From contig NC_045697.1 of the NCBI RefSeq assembly GCF_009834535.1, positions 106,332,001-106,396,000 on the forward strand: a stretch of 64,000 nucleotides of DNA, written 5' to 3'. Shown here piece after piece: positions 26,097-38,870 of this stretch. Source of the stretch: Camelus ferus (taxonomy: Eukaryota). The notes below the pieces were generated by a model. It saw only the letters and a program-made list of their open reading frames with translations, made no database searches and had not been told where the DNA came from. The translations under genes were made by a program, and so were the position numbers. Each line of letters opens with the position of its first letter. Positions within the stretch are counted from its first letter, which is position 1.

Positions 26097-26188
26097 CATT
26101 TTCTTTCAGAAGCCCCATGGGAGAGGTCATGGGTCTTAAGTGCAAACCATGGTTGACAATGGGGAAGGGACAAAATGAGTCCAACGTC
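26097..26188 (-). pseudogene. Candidate exon, 92 nt, phase 2-1, open
   Basis: ttttggaaacag|GACG...AAATG|gtgagt; reads TLDSFCPFPIVNHGLHLRPMTSPMGLLKEN. Confidence 0.65.
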
Positions 26189-26699
26189 CTGTTTCCAAAA
26201 CACAAAGTCAGAGCTTTGAGTGACTTAATAGTACCTCTTTTGTAATCCAAACTTTCAAGACTAATGTTATAGGATTACACAATAATCATGGAGAGAAAAC
26301 CACCTGTCTCCTCTCCACAGAGGCTACAACCATTGTATCTCAGTCCTTTCACTGCAGAGTAACAGGCACATGGTGGGCCCTTTATAAATACTTATTATTG
26401 AATGAAGACAAAAATAATACCAAATTTTGCTGGCCCTGAGCATGGATAACATAGGAACATTTGCTTTCTGAAAGAAAAACTCTAACAAAAATCAGAGAAA
26501 TGAACACGCATCACATCTATTTCTGTTTTGCAAGAGCTTTTAAGTAATTTGTTTTCCTATCACAGCTTGGAAAGCTTTAATCAAGTCAGCTGAATCAAAA
26601 AACAAGTACCATGTAGAAACTTTAGCAAATGTAAGTAAGCAAAAGTAAGAAGGTAAAAATTACCCCTAATTCACTACCCTAGTATTTGAGTGATAATTG

Positions 26700-26950
26700 C
26701 ACAGTCTTGATTCTTCCTATGAGCTGAGCACTATTCATTATGTGTCTTACCACATTTAACCCTCACAACAAGTGCCTGGGTATTTACCATTATTAAACCC
26801 ATTTTATAAATGAAGAAACTAAGCGGTTTAGGGGTTAAGAGTATATAGTTCACATTACTCCAGCTAGAAATGGGTAGAGCCAGGATTTAAATCCAGGCAG
26901 GGGGACTTCAGGAACTAAGTAAGCCCCTTTTTACTACTTTATACTGACTC
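26700..26950 (-). mobile_element. MIR
   Basis: cccattttataaatgaagaaactaag...gagccaggatttaaatccaggcag. Confidence 0.75.
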
Positions 26951-28092
26951 TCTTTGTCATGATTAACAGATGTAATATACTCCATACTTTCTCTATGTTT
27001 AGATGTGCATAAACATCCATGAACTTTTTAGCTTATTTCTTACACTTAATAATACATCATGAATACATTTCTGTGTAAATGGTACAAAGATGCACATTGT
27101 TATTTTGGCCTAGAAATGAAATTGCTAGTTCAAATGTTATAGAAATGTTATATAAATTTTTAGGATTTTAAAAAATTCTGCCCATCAAAAAACTAAAGTC
27201 TGTAAGAGAAATCTGACTCTCCTGTTTAGAGTTTTGTATTTAACATATAATAGGCACTCAATAAATAGTAAACAAATTAGTGACTTATAAGATCCATTAA
27301 TCTAGCTGTCACTCATGTGGTCACACTTACACAGTTGGCCAAAGAACTGGCATATCCCTTATATGACAAAATCATACTGTCAAGAGAAAATATGAGAGGC
27401 TTGAGTATGCAGGCAGCTTTGCAAAATTCCACTTGAAATTTTAGAATTTTATTTACAGGCCACTAAGAATGGTGCCAAGATACACAGTTGTAGTTTGCTT
27501 TGCTTCCTTATAACTAGTTCCTGGTTAAATATTACTTAAATCCCCAATCCTTATTAATGAAAGATTCTAAAAGAAGTAGACCACAGTCCATCCACTTAAG
27601 CAAAATATTTTACAAACATTAAGGTGAAATGCCATGAGGGATTGTATCATTATTTTATAATATCCTCATTCTGTGATTAAATTGATTAGAATAACCTAAA
27701 TACAAATTGTCACTAACACATAAGAAATGCCCACTGATCACAAAACTAGGGGAAGAAGTTCAGGCTCACTTGCCTAAATTACACAGTGCATATAGAAATA
27801 CAGTTGTCATAGACCAAATATTATCAAGTAAAAAATTAGCTCTAATAAATAAGTGCATAAAAATTGGATTTCCTTGATGGAAAATTAACATTTAGAATGC
27901 ACTCACATTAATCATTAATCATTATTGTCATAAAAAGAGCATTTAATATAATAATTAATCTCTGAAGTCAGAATTCGAAGGCATATTGAAGAACTTCACT
28001 TCCTTAAATTTGAAAATGCAAAAGTATTCAATTTTGTTTTCCTTCTGCAAGTCAAACAGAGAAATTTGGAAAAAGGAAGGAAGGAATCATAC

Positions 28093-28845
28093 ATTTATAT
28101 TTTTAAGGTCCACCTAAAAATATTATGTCACCTTAAAACTTAGTGTTTTCCAAGGCATCTTTAGGAGAAATTTAAGTAGTTAATGTACAACTCCTTTCAC
28201 AGAGGTCTGTTTGTCTTGAACAGAAACCTTTCCAGAGTCCCACAATAAGTTGGGCAATTCATGTTGTTTAGTCCTACAGCCTTCCCTTCACTGTTAACAA
28301 TCCCCTACCCAATTTCCTGACTGATTCTGTTTTCCTTTCTGTCGCTTGTATCCTCATGGCTAAGTTTCCCTATCTTCATTATGGGGTGAACCAGACTTCA
28401 ATAAAAATTTCAGTCTAATGACATTTTCTTTGTCTAGTTAAGCACAGGTTTTCTAAAACTCTAAGTCACCATGTCCAAAAACATATTTGTCTTTCCTTCT
28501 CCATTCCTATCACACTTCTAACAATAATGAAACGAAGCTAACTGCTAGGGTAGGTAACCAGTTAATGCCATAAGCTAGCTATAAATAAAAACAAGGCAGC
28601 CTTGGTGGCTTGAAGTTCAGGCTTTATGTGCTCCAGGCTGTCACTGGAATTACAAGTAGTTGCTCTTAATTTCAAAGGGTGTTGATCTTCCTCAATAAGC
28701 AGGACGTATTTTCATTAAAAATGGAATGTTAGGGTGTCAAGAGACCTTAATCTTTTATCAGTTGCAGAAGAAACAGTTCTTTGGGAAATACTCAACTCTC
28801 TTGAGAAAGACATACTGAAAGATACCTGGTCAGATTTCACGTTTT
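28093..28845 (-). pseudogene. Large degraded exon abutting an L1 3' end
   Basis: One frame reads ENVKSDQVSFSMSFSRELSISQRTVSS...PELQATKAALFLFIASLWH*...GMEKERQICFWTW*; a shifted frame then reads IRLKFLLKSGSPH. Both ends uncertain. Confidence 0.45.
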
Positions 28846-31800
28846 CTTTTTTTCTTCTTAAATTTTTTTATTGATATATAGTTGATTTACAATGCTATGT
28901 TAATGTCTGGTGTGTAGCATAGTTATTCAGTTATATATAGATACATATATATTCATTTTTATATTCTTTTTCAAAATAGGCTATTAAAGATATTGAAAAT
29001 AGTTCCCTGTGCCATACAATAGGACCTTGTTGGTTATCTATTTTATATAATAGTAGTTAATATCTGAAAATGTCAAACTCTCAATTTATCCCTCCATCAC
29101 CCTCCTTTTCTCCCTGGTAACCATAAGTTTGTTTTCTATGCCTGGGAGTCTGTTTCTGTTTTATAAATAAGTTCACTTGTGTCATTTTTTCAGATTCCAC
29201 ATACAAGTGATATCATATGATATTTTTCTTTCTCTTTCTGGCTTACTTCACTTAGTATGACGTTCTCCAGATCCATTCATGTTGCTGCAAATGGCATTAT
29301 TTTATTTGTTTTTATGGCTAAGTAACATTCCATTGTATATATACACACTACATCTTCTTTATCCAATTATCTGTTGATGGATATTTAGGTTACTTCCATG
29401 TCTTGGCTATTGTAAACAGTGCTTTCATGAACATTTGGGTGCATGTATCTTTTCGAATTAGAGTTTCCTACGAATATATGCCCAGGAATGGGATTGCTGG
29501 ATCATAGGGTATGTCTATTTTTAGTTTTTTAAGGAATCTCCATACTGTTTTCCATAATGGCTGCATCAAACTACATTCCCACCAACAGTTAGAGGGGGTT
29601 CTCTTTTCTCCAAACCTCTCCAGAATTTGTTTGTGGACTTTTTAATGATGGTCATTCTGACTCGCATGAGGTTACACCTCATTGTAGCTTTGATTTGCAT
29701 TTCTCTGATAATTAGTGATATTGAGCCTTTTTCATGCACCTAGTAGCCATTTGTATATCTTCACTGGATAAATGTTTCTTAAGGTCTTCTGCCCATTTTT
29801 TGACTGGGTTTTTTTTCTTTTGTTATTGAGTTGTATGAGCTGTTTGTATATTCTGGAAATTAAGCCCTCATCACTTGCAAATATTTTCTCTCATTCCATA
29901 AGTTGTCTTTTCATTTTGTTTATAGTTTCCTTTGTTGTGCAAAAGCTTATAAGTTTAATTGGGTCCCACTTGTTTATTTTTGCTTTTATTTCTATTGCCT
30001 TGGTAGACTGCCCTAGGAGAACATTGCTAAGATTTATATCAGAAAATGTTTTACCTATGTTTTCTTTTAGGAGGTTTATATAAGTGTCTTGTCTCACATT
30101 TAAGTCTTTAAGCCATTTTGAGTTTATTTTTGTGTATGGTGAGGGAGTGTTCTAACTGTCTGGCTGGCTGTCCAGCTTTCCCAACACCACTCACAAAGAG
30201 ACTGTCTTTTCTTCATTGTATATTCCTGTCTCCTTTGTCAAAGATTAATTGACTGTAGGTGTCTGGGTTTATTTCTAGGCTCTCTATTCTGTTCCATTGA
30301 TTCATAAATGTCTGGTTTTGTGCCAATATCACACTGTTTTGATTACTATAGATCTGGAGGATTGTCTGAAGTCTGGGAGGGTTATTCCTCCATCTTTGTT
30401 CTTTTCCTTCAGTATTGCTTTGGCAATTCTGGGTTTTTTGTGATTCTATATAAATTTTATAATTATTTATTCTAGTTCTGTGAAAAATGTCCTGGGTAAT
30501 TTGACAGGGATTGCATTAAATCTGTAGATTGCTTTGGGTAGTATGGCCATTTTAACAATATTAATTCTTCCAATCCAAGAGTATGGGATATCTTTCCATT
30601 TCCTTAAATCATCTTTAATTTCCTTAATCAACATTTTATAGCTCTCTGCATATAAGTCTTTCACTTCCTTGGTCAGCTTTATTCCTAAGTATTTTTTGAC
30701 GTGATTTTAAAAGGGATTTTATTTTTTTAATTTCCTTTTCTGATTATTTCATTGTTATTGTAAAGAAATGCAACAGATTTCTGTGTGTTAATCTTGTATC
30801 CTGCCACCTTACTGAATTCATTTATCAGCTCTGGTAGTTTCTACGTGGAGTTTTTAGGATTTTCTATATATAGTATATGTTATCTGCATATAGTGACAAT
30901 TTTACCTCTTCTCTTCCAATTTAGATCCCTTTTATTTCTTTTTCTTTTCTGATTTGCTATGGATGGGACTTCCAATACTACACTGAATAGAAGTGGTGAG
31001 AGTGGCATGCTTGTCTTGATCCAGATTTTAACGGGAAGGCTTTCGACTTTTCACCACTGAGTATTATGTTGGCTGTGGGTCTGCCATAAATAGCTTTTAT
31101 TATGTTGAGGTATATCCCCTCTATACCCATTTTGGTCAGAATTTTTATCATGAATGGATGTTGAGTTTTATCAAATGCTTTTTCTGCATCTATTGAGATG
31201 ATCATGTGATTTTGTTGATGTGGTGTATCATGTTGACTGATCTGCATATGTTGAACCATTCTTGTGTCCCTGGGATGAATCCAACTTGATCGTAGTGTAT
31301 GATCTTTTTTATGTGTTGCTGGATTCAATTTGCTAACATTTTGTTGAGAACTTCTGCATCTATGTTCATCAAAGATATTGGCCTGTGATTTTCTTTTTGG
31401 GTAGTGTCTTTGTCTGGTTTTGCTATCAGGGTAATGGTGGCTTCGTACAATGAGTTTGGGAGTCTTCTCTCCTCTTCAATCTTTTGAAAGCGTTTGAGGA
31501 CTGGTTTAAGTTCTTTGTATGTTTGGTAGAACTCCCCAATGAAGCCATCTGATCTTGGACTTTTGTTTGCAAGGAGGTTTTTAAATTACTGATTCTATTC
31601 CACTTCTAGTGATCAGTCTGTTCAAATTATCTATTTCTTCTTGATTCACTTTTGGTGGGCTGTATGTTTCTAGAAACTTGTCCATTTCTTCTAGGTTGAT
31701 CAATTTGTAGGCATATAATTGGTCATAGCATTCTCATGGTTTTTTGTATTTCTGTGGTGTTTGGTTGTAATTTCTCCATTTTCATTTCTTATTTTGTTTA

Positions 31801-32630
31801 TTTATGTCCTGTCTCTTTTCTTTTTGGTGAGTCTGGCCAGAGGTTTGTCAATTTTGTTTACTCTTTCAAAAAATCTGCTCTTGGTTTGATTGATTTTTTC
31901 ATTTTTTTTTCAATCTCTATTTTATTTATTTCCTCCATGATCTTTATTATTTCTTTACTTCTGCCTACTTCAAGTTTTGTTTGTTCTTTTCCTAATTCTT
32001 TTAAGTGGTAGGTTAGGTTGTTTTTTTCAGGTTGTTCCTGTTTTTTGAGAAAGGCCTGTTTCACTATGAACTTCCCTCTTAGTACTGCTTTTGCTGCATC
32101 CCATAGATTTTGTGTGGTTGTGTTTTCATTGTCATTTATCTCAAGTTATTATTTAATTTCTTCTTTGATTTCATCATTGATCCTTTTTTTTTTGGTAGCA
32201 TGTTGTTTAGTCTCCATGCAGCTGTTTTTTTTTTTCTCCTCATTTCTCTTTCTGTTGTTGATTTCTAGTTTCATAGCATTGTAGTCAGAATAGATGCTTA
32301 AAATAATTTCTATCCTCTTAAATTTGTTGAGGCTTCTTTTGTGTCCAAGTATGTGGTCCATCCTAGAGAATGTCCCATGTGTACTTGAAAAGAATGTATA
32401 TTCGGCTTTTTTTTGGATATAATATCCTGAAAATATAAATTAAGCCTAATTGTCCTATTGTGTCATTTAGTATCTCCACTGCCTTATTGATTTTCTGTCT
32501 AGACTATTGTCCAGATGTTAGTAGGATGTTAAAGTCTCCTACTATTATTGTATTCCCATCAATTTCTCCCTTTATGTCTGTTAAGTATTTGTTTTACATA
32601 ATTAGGTGCTCCTACATTGGGTGCATATGA
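28846..32630 (-). mobile_element. About 3.8-kb 5'-truncated L1 (most of ORF2 plus 3'UTR), disrupted
   Basis: Minus ORFs DHILGHK (endonuclease end), [14 protein letters not shown] (RT), [18 protein letters not shown]-rich tail at the left end. Confidence 0.97.
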
Positions 32631-33195
32631 GTGCTTCAATTGTCCCAATTTAGAGACCTAAGACTAAATTATTCTTCTTCCTTGGATTACCACCCCACCG
32701 AAATATACCAAAAATGATAGTTTTTCAAATTAGTTCAGTAAACTATCTAGTACCTGTAAAATTCTAAACTAAATTTACCTAAAATTCTAAACTGTTCCTA
32801 AAATGCTAAACTGTTCAGTTAAATTACTGTATTAACTATTCTTTTTAACAGCTAACACTCTGCTAGACTAACCTGGGTCTTTGGTAAACTTAATAAAGGC
32901 AAAAAGAATATTTCTTTAAACTGGTAAATTTCCAATAAATCATTTCTTTTCCCTCACAATTAAATGACCCAGATTTCTGACCATGTTAAATAATGAATTA
33001 ATGTAAAACAAGTCACTGAAAAATACATTTTAACAGAGCAGTATTCACATTCTAGAAGTATTAATATCCCTAGACAATAAAAGGCTTCTAGAGATTCTAT
33101 CTGTAGCTTTCAGGGCAACAGTAACATAGTCAATTGTAAAGTTACCTCAAATATGATGTTGCTATTTAGTGCAATAATTCAGAAAAGTAACTGAC

Positions 33196-33282
33196 CCATC
33201 TCCAGACACCTTTGGAAAGCAGAAGCAATGCTCAAAATTCCTGCCTTCAAACTCTGCTCTGTAGGATCAGCTTTACCTTCTG
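33196..33282 (-). pseudogene. Candidate exon, 87 nt, phase 1-1, open
   Basis: cttttctag|CAGAAGG...GATGG|gtcagt; reads (A)EGKADPTEQSLKAGILSIASAFQRCLEM(G), in phase with the upstream donor at 33686. Confidence 0.6.
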
Positions 33283-33685
33283 CTAGAAAAGACTAACTAT
33301 AAATTATTACATTAAAAAAGAAAAATTATAACTCTACTCTGTTCCATAATTGCTGCAGATGAGCTATTAAAATTCTAAACTTATGTAATATTATCATAAA
33401 ATATGGCATTTTTCTCAAGAAAGCCACAAATTGGATTTGAGCTTATGCACTGTAAAACCCAGATGGTTTGCTTAACTACTCAGACATCCTCAAGTTCAAA
33501 AGTTAATTGAACTGAAAACTAAAATTCTGATAATTGATATGCTTTGAGGTACTTAAGCAGAAGGCTAAAGTAGCCTCATACATGGGTTGTTAACAGAATT
33601 GAGAAACCATAACAATTGGTCAGGAAATACTGGCAAAGTATAAGAAAAGTTTATATTTTCTATAGGTTAGCTGATTACATGTTAC

Positions 33686-34057
33686 CTGGGCTTTCCATGG
33701 TGCTGCTGCTTTTCTTTCTCCATTTTTTTACTTACTGATTCAATATTAGTCACTATTTTACCCAGTTTAACTTGCTCTGGAATTTGAAGAAAAAAAAAAA
33801 GCTTTAATTGTATACTATTTGTTTTCAAGTTCTTAGTGCATTTTTTGAATTAAATTGCAAATCACAGATTTTTTAATAACAAGAGGTACAACATTGTTCA
33901 AAAAAATTACTAACACACAGATACTCCAGAAACACATCTGAGTGCTTTTTTCCAACCCATGCTCCTCAGATGTTTTGCAATTACTAAAATTTAGGAGTAG
34001 AAGTATAGAGTAAATGAATATCATATATCAGAAAGGAGACAGCTTCCAGAGAAATGT
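33686..34057 (-). pseudogene. Candidate exon, frameshifted, RGS helix 3-4-like
   Basis: Acceptor ctcttgcag before 34057 (alternative ttttag before 33983); donor CCAG|gtaac at 33686. Frames read IAKHLRSMG and HGLEKSTQMCFWSIC; 3' end reads KKWRKKSSSTMESP, phase 1. Confidence 0.45.
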
Positions 34058-34636
34058 CTGCAAGAGTATATAGCACATACTAGTGAATGCAAGCACCCTC
34101 GTTTATACATATCAGCATTATTATCATCTTTATCTTCGTAAGACTTAGTTTTTATAGGAGAGCTTGCTATTTTAAAATAATGTAGAAATCATTAGTTAAT
34201 ATAAATAGGGGCACTGAGCTCTCCAGAAGTCTCCTCCATTTGATAGAAAGACTAACTCCAGAAAAGGCAAAGCTTTGTTTTTAAAAAAAATTGAGTTTGA
34301 GTCTAAAACAAACTTAGATAAATATTTTTTAAGTATCTGTTACTTTCTATTTTGTACAGATAATGGGGCCAACACATAGTTTGAAACACTGCAATAATAT
34401 ATTGTCATATATCTATTAAGGACCTGCTAGCTACCAGCTCAAGTATAATAAAAAGATAGTAAAGATACAGAGAACATATGAGATAAAACACTCTGTTTCA
34501 GAAATATTTACAAACTTGTTGGTGTGTCAGTGCTAACAAAAGAGCACAGTCGACAGAATTATGTAATTTAGACTTAAAATGAATAACAAAGAATATAAAA
34601 AATTTGTAGACATGGAAAGCAGAATGCTTTACTGAC

Positions 34637-35914
34637 TTTTTTTTATTGAAGTATAGTCAGTTTACAATGTTGTGTCAATTTCTGGTGTACAGCATAATGT
34701 TTCAGTCATACATGTACATTCATAAATTTTCATATTCTTTTTCATTATAGATTACTACAAGATATTGAATGTAGTTCCCTGTGCTATACAGTAGAAACCT
34801 GTTGTTTATTTTGTTTTTTTAATGGGAGAGGTAATTAGATTTCTTTCTTTGTTTATTTAATGGAAGTACTGGGAATTGAACCCAAGACCTCATGCATGCT
34901 AGGCATGCACTCTACCACTAAGCTATGCCTTCACCCCTATCTATTTATGTATAGTTATATAGTAGTTAGTATCTGCAAATCTGCAATTTATCCCTTCCTA
35001 CCACCTTTCTCCTCTGGTAACCATAAATTTGTTTTCTGTCTGGGAATCTGTTTCTGTTTTATAAATAAGTTCATTTGTGTCATTTTTTTAGATTCCACAT
35101 ATAAGTGATATATGTTATTTTTCTTTCACTTTCTGGCTTACTTCACTTAGTATAATCATCTCCCAGTCCATCCATGTTGCTTCAAATGGCATTATTTTAT
35201 TCCTTTTTGTGGCTGAGTAGTATTCCATTATATACATACCACAACTTCTTTATCTAGTCATCTGTCAATGGCAATAGGATCTAATTGAATTTATAAGCTT
35301 TTGCACAACAAAAGAAACTGTAAACAAAATGAAAAAACAACCTACAGAATGAGAGAAAATATCTACAAATGATGTGACTGACAAGGGCTTAATTTCCATA
35401 ATTTATAAACAGCTCATACAACTTAGTAACAAAAAAACAAATAACCCAATCCAAAAATGGCAGAAGACCTAAACAAGATTTTCCCCAATGAAGACAGACA
35501 CATGGTTAATAGGCACATGAAAAAATGCTCAATATCACTAATTATCAGAGAAATGCAAATCAAAGCTACAATGAGGTATCACCTCATACCAGTCAGAATG
35601 GCCACCATTAAAAAGTCCACAAACAATAAATGTTGGAGAGGGTGTGGAGAAAAGGGAACCCTCCTACACTACTGGTGGGAAGGTAGTTTGGTGCAGCCAG
35701 TATGCAAAACAGTATGGAGATTCCTTAAAAAACTAAAAATAGAGTTACTCTATGATCCAACATTATCACTCCTGGGCATATATTCAGAGGAAATTCCAAT
35801 TTGAAAAGATGCATGCACCCCAATGTTCATAGCAGCACTCTTTACAATGGCCAAGACATGGAAGCAACCTAAGTGTACATCAACAGATGACTGGATAAAG
35901 AAGTTGTGGTATAT
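34637..35914 (-). mobile_element. L1 with 5' inversion (twin priming)
   Basis: Minus 3' part 34637-35271 joined to a plus-strand ORF2 segment 35272-35914 (ORF 35457-35804). Confidence 0.85.
34809..34937 (-). mobile_element. tRNA-derived SINE (Vic-1-like) nested in an L1 3'UTR
   Basis: Plus strand gtactgggaattgaacccaagacctcatgcatgctaggcatgcactctaccactaagctatgcc is the reverse complement of the SINE head. Confidence 0.9.
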
Positions 35915-36344
35915 TGACTATTTATAATATACCAGGGTGCTAGTTAGCATTCCCTATGAATAATCTCACACTTAAGCCTCAAAACCTTTTTTCTTTTTTG
36001 TGTGTATTTTTTGAAGTACTGTGATTATTCCCTTTTATACATTGGGGAAGCAGTTTACCCAAGATCTTGTCAGTTAAATGGTACAGAGCCAAGGCTCAAA
36101 CCTGTATCCCTCTAACTGTAAGTTCACCCTTTTTCATTCTGCTCTACCATCCCCTGCAGACCTCATGGGGCCTCAGGTGCCTAATTATGGAAAGAGGATA
36201 ATTTCTGCCTTGCTTATTTTGGAGGGTGATTATAGAGCTCAAAAGACACACTTTATATAAAAGTTGAGAAATATCATACTAAGGTGAAGAAGTAGAGAAA
36301 GAATTTATAAGTTTGAGTCTTAAAAATATCAACATTTAAAAATA

Positions 36345-36570
36345 TTTGCCATACGCTAAGTGTGCTAATTGCTATATATGGATTATCATATTTCATTCTC
36401 CCAACCACCCCATAAATTAGGTACCATTATTATCCCCATTTTACAGATGAGGAAACTGAAGTGAAGTAGAGATTAATTTTCCCAAGGTTATACAGCTAAC
36501 AGTAGGTGGAGGCAATATTCAAACCCAGGCAGGTAGTCCCTATAGCCTGCATTCTTAATCACTATGATAC
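36345..36570 (-). mobile_element. MIR
   Basis: attattatccccattttacagatgaggaaactgaag. Confidence 0.85.
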
Positions 36571-38569
36571 CCAATATGCTTATTTGTTTATTTTACTTAT
36601 TTAAGGACTATCCACTTAGTGAAAATTGTTATGCTAACTCCTAGGTAGGGGAGATATACGATATAGCGATTAATAAAACAGGATTGCCACTCTCCATGGA
36701 CAGTATGGCTAATAGTGAAAATCACTGCAGAAAAGGGAAGAAAAAGGATGAGGGGAAAAGGTCATGAGATGTGCAACTAAGAGATCTAGAGAGCAAATTT
36801 TACACTGATGCTAAAGGAACTAAGCTTGTGTTACTATAATAATTAATAAAGCAAAAGATATGCCCATTTTGAGGGAAAAATGTTTGTTAAAAACTTTAGG
36901 CATAATCCATCTAAATGATAAACTGAAATCTCTCTACAGTACCATTTAATTAAATCATCTTAGTACTTCATCCGAAACAGAAAATAAGCGCAGTTATACC
37001 CTTTAAAAAATAGGATAGAGTTAAAGGAGATTTCTAGAAAGGCAATTAAAGCATATGGAAACCCTATATTACTTCTAATTAGTGTAGATAAGCCTTTAGA
37101 TGGGGAACAAGACTCACTGTATGATTTTAGGCAAACTGTAACATCTCTGAGTTCATAATTATTCCCTTTATGTAAAATCTAGTCTTTAAACTAATACACC
37201 AAACTCTAGAATTTCAGTTCTGGGACATAAATTATAAATCACTTCTGGTTAAAATAATTAGTAAGTCGTAGACAAGGAGACTAGGAAAAGAAAATACAGG
37301 TAAAGCAGTGAATATCTGGCAGCTTTTGTAATGAAATCAAACAAATGGAACATAAGGCATTAGAACTTTCAACCAAAGGACTCTAGTCCTGAATACAATT
37401 TTCCATGTTTTCCCAAGAGTTCAGCTAGAATCAGTCATTCTTTCACCTGGAATCAATTATCCATTCAAATTCCTCCACTTCCAACTATTACCCTGTTTCC
37501 TTCATGGGTTCATTTTGCTTTGACCACTTCCCACTGTTGTGTATGACCCCAAGCTCTTTCGTTGGCTGCTTTCTAACCCTCTACTTGAATGATTTGGTCC
37601 ACTCCCACAGCTATATTTGTCACTTAAATGTGGATGCCTCACAAAATGTATATATTTTGCTCAGAGCACCCTCAAGTGCTAAATTTGAATAACCAACAAT
37701 CTCTATATGTACATCCCAAAGACATCCCAATCAACATGTCCCTCTCACAATTAATGACACTATCATCCATCCATAAACTCAGAAGTCCTTTCTACTATTC
37801 ACTCTCCCTCAGCCTCCTCATACAATCAGTCATCTAATCCCTTCCACCCTTTCCCACTCAGAATACCTCAACACAGACCTTGATTATCTCTCCTCTGGAA
37901 TACTAATTAATGGCTTCCTCACTTGGATTCCTGCCTCCAACCATGATACTCTTCAATCCGCCATCCTCCATACTTCCCATAAATAATCTTTGATTTCCAA
38001 ATTATGGGATTTTAAATTATCATTGTTATTATTTTTAATTTATCTGTCATCAGAGAACATGATTTATATATATCCAAATTCTTTGAAATTAATTGACTCC
38101 TACTATACAGATCAATGTATAGTCAATTTTCATAATGTTCCATACTTGTCTGAAAATGTATATCCTCTAACATTGTTGTTCTGTATTCAGCTAATAAATT
38201 AAGCTTCTTAATTTAGTTGTTTAAATCAAATACTTTGTAGCCTTACTGATATATGTATATGCATACACCTTTAAAAATATATGTGTATACACAATTTTTT
38301 TGGCTGGACAATTTGAAAGTAAGTTGCAAACAGTATGACATTTCACCCCTAAATAACACATCTAAAGCTCCTAAAAACAAGCACATCTCCTATATATTCA
38401 TAATACCCACTGAAGAAATTAACATTGACACAGTAAGATTATCTAAGGCATATCTGTATACAAGTTCCCCTAATTGTCCCCAAAACATCCTTTCTAGTTG
38501 TTTGATTTTTTTTTCATTCCAGGCTCTAATCAAAGATCATATATCTCTCTCTTAGATCTATTTTAACCT

Positions 38570-38870
38570 AGAAATGCCATGTCGAATACAGTGACCACCA
38601 GCATATGAATACTGAGTTCTTAAAATATGACTACTCTGAATTAAGATGTAAGTATAGGATACAGTCTAATTTTCTAAGATTTACTACATGTAAATGTAGT
38701 ACATGTAAATAATTTTATAGTAATTAAATGTTTAAATAATATTTTCATATATTAAATAAGATATATCATTGAAATTAATTTCATGTTTCTCTTTACCTTT
38801 TTAATAAGACCACAAGAAAATTTTAAATTGTATTTGTAGCTTGCATTGTCTTTCAACTAGGTAACACTGA
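38570..38870. mobile_element. MER33-like hAT relic within old minus-strand L1 fragments (about 37990-40200)
   Basis: Resembles the 13350-13655 copy (gaaattaatttcatgtttc...aagaaaattttaaatt). Confidence 0.5.

Larger units (their letters stand above)
1600..34057 (-). pseudogene. Degraded multi-exon gene, probably encoding a multi-RGS-domain (RGS22/RGSL1-like) protein; unprocessed pseudogene
   Basis: At least 10 exon-like segments on the minus strand, most with AG/GT ends. Phase-compatible chains: 33686|33282-33196 and 26188-26097|25443-25379|24858-24739. Repeated RGS-like motifs (GxEKxxQxCFW, LAILEIFIKEPPHVN, ALQKFVLRY...MFLSS). Many stops and frameshifts. Family assignment is from remembered similarity only. 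Confidence 0.6.

Noticed and set aside
28846..32630. Active L1 or functional reverse transcriptase
   Set aside because: 5'-truncated, no ORF1, and ORF2 is broken into short frames.
32755..32818. Short imperfect tandem repeat of about 19 bp (cctaaaat.ctaaactgtt)
   Set aside because: Ordinary slippage duplication with no spacer structure, so not CRISPR-like.
33686..33723. ATG-initiated first exon (MEKEKQQHHGKP or MESP)
   Set aside because: Coding-like sequence continues upstream and there is no promoter-like context, so it is better read as the end of an internal exon.
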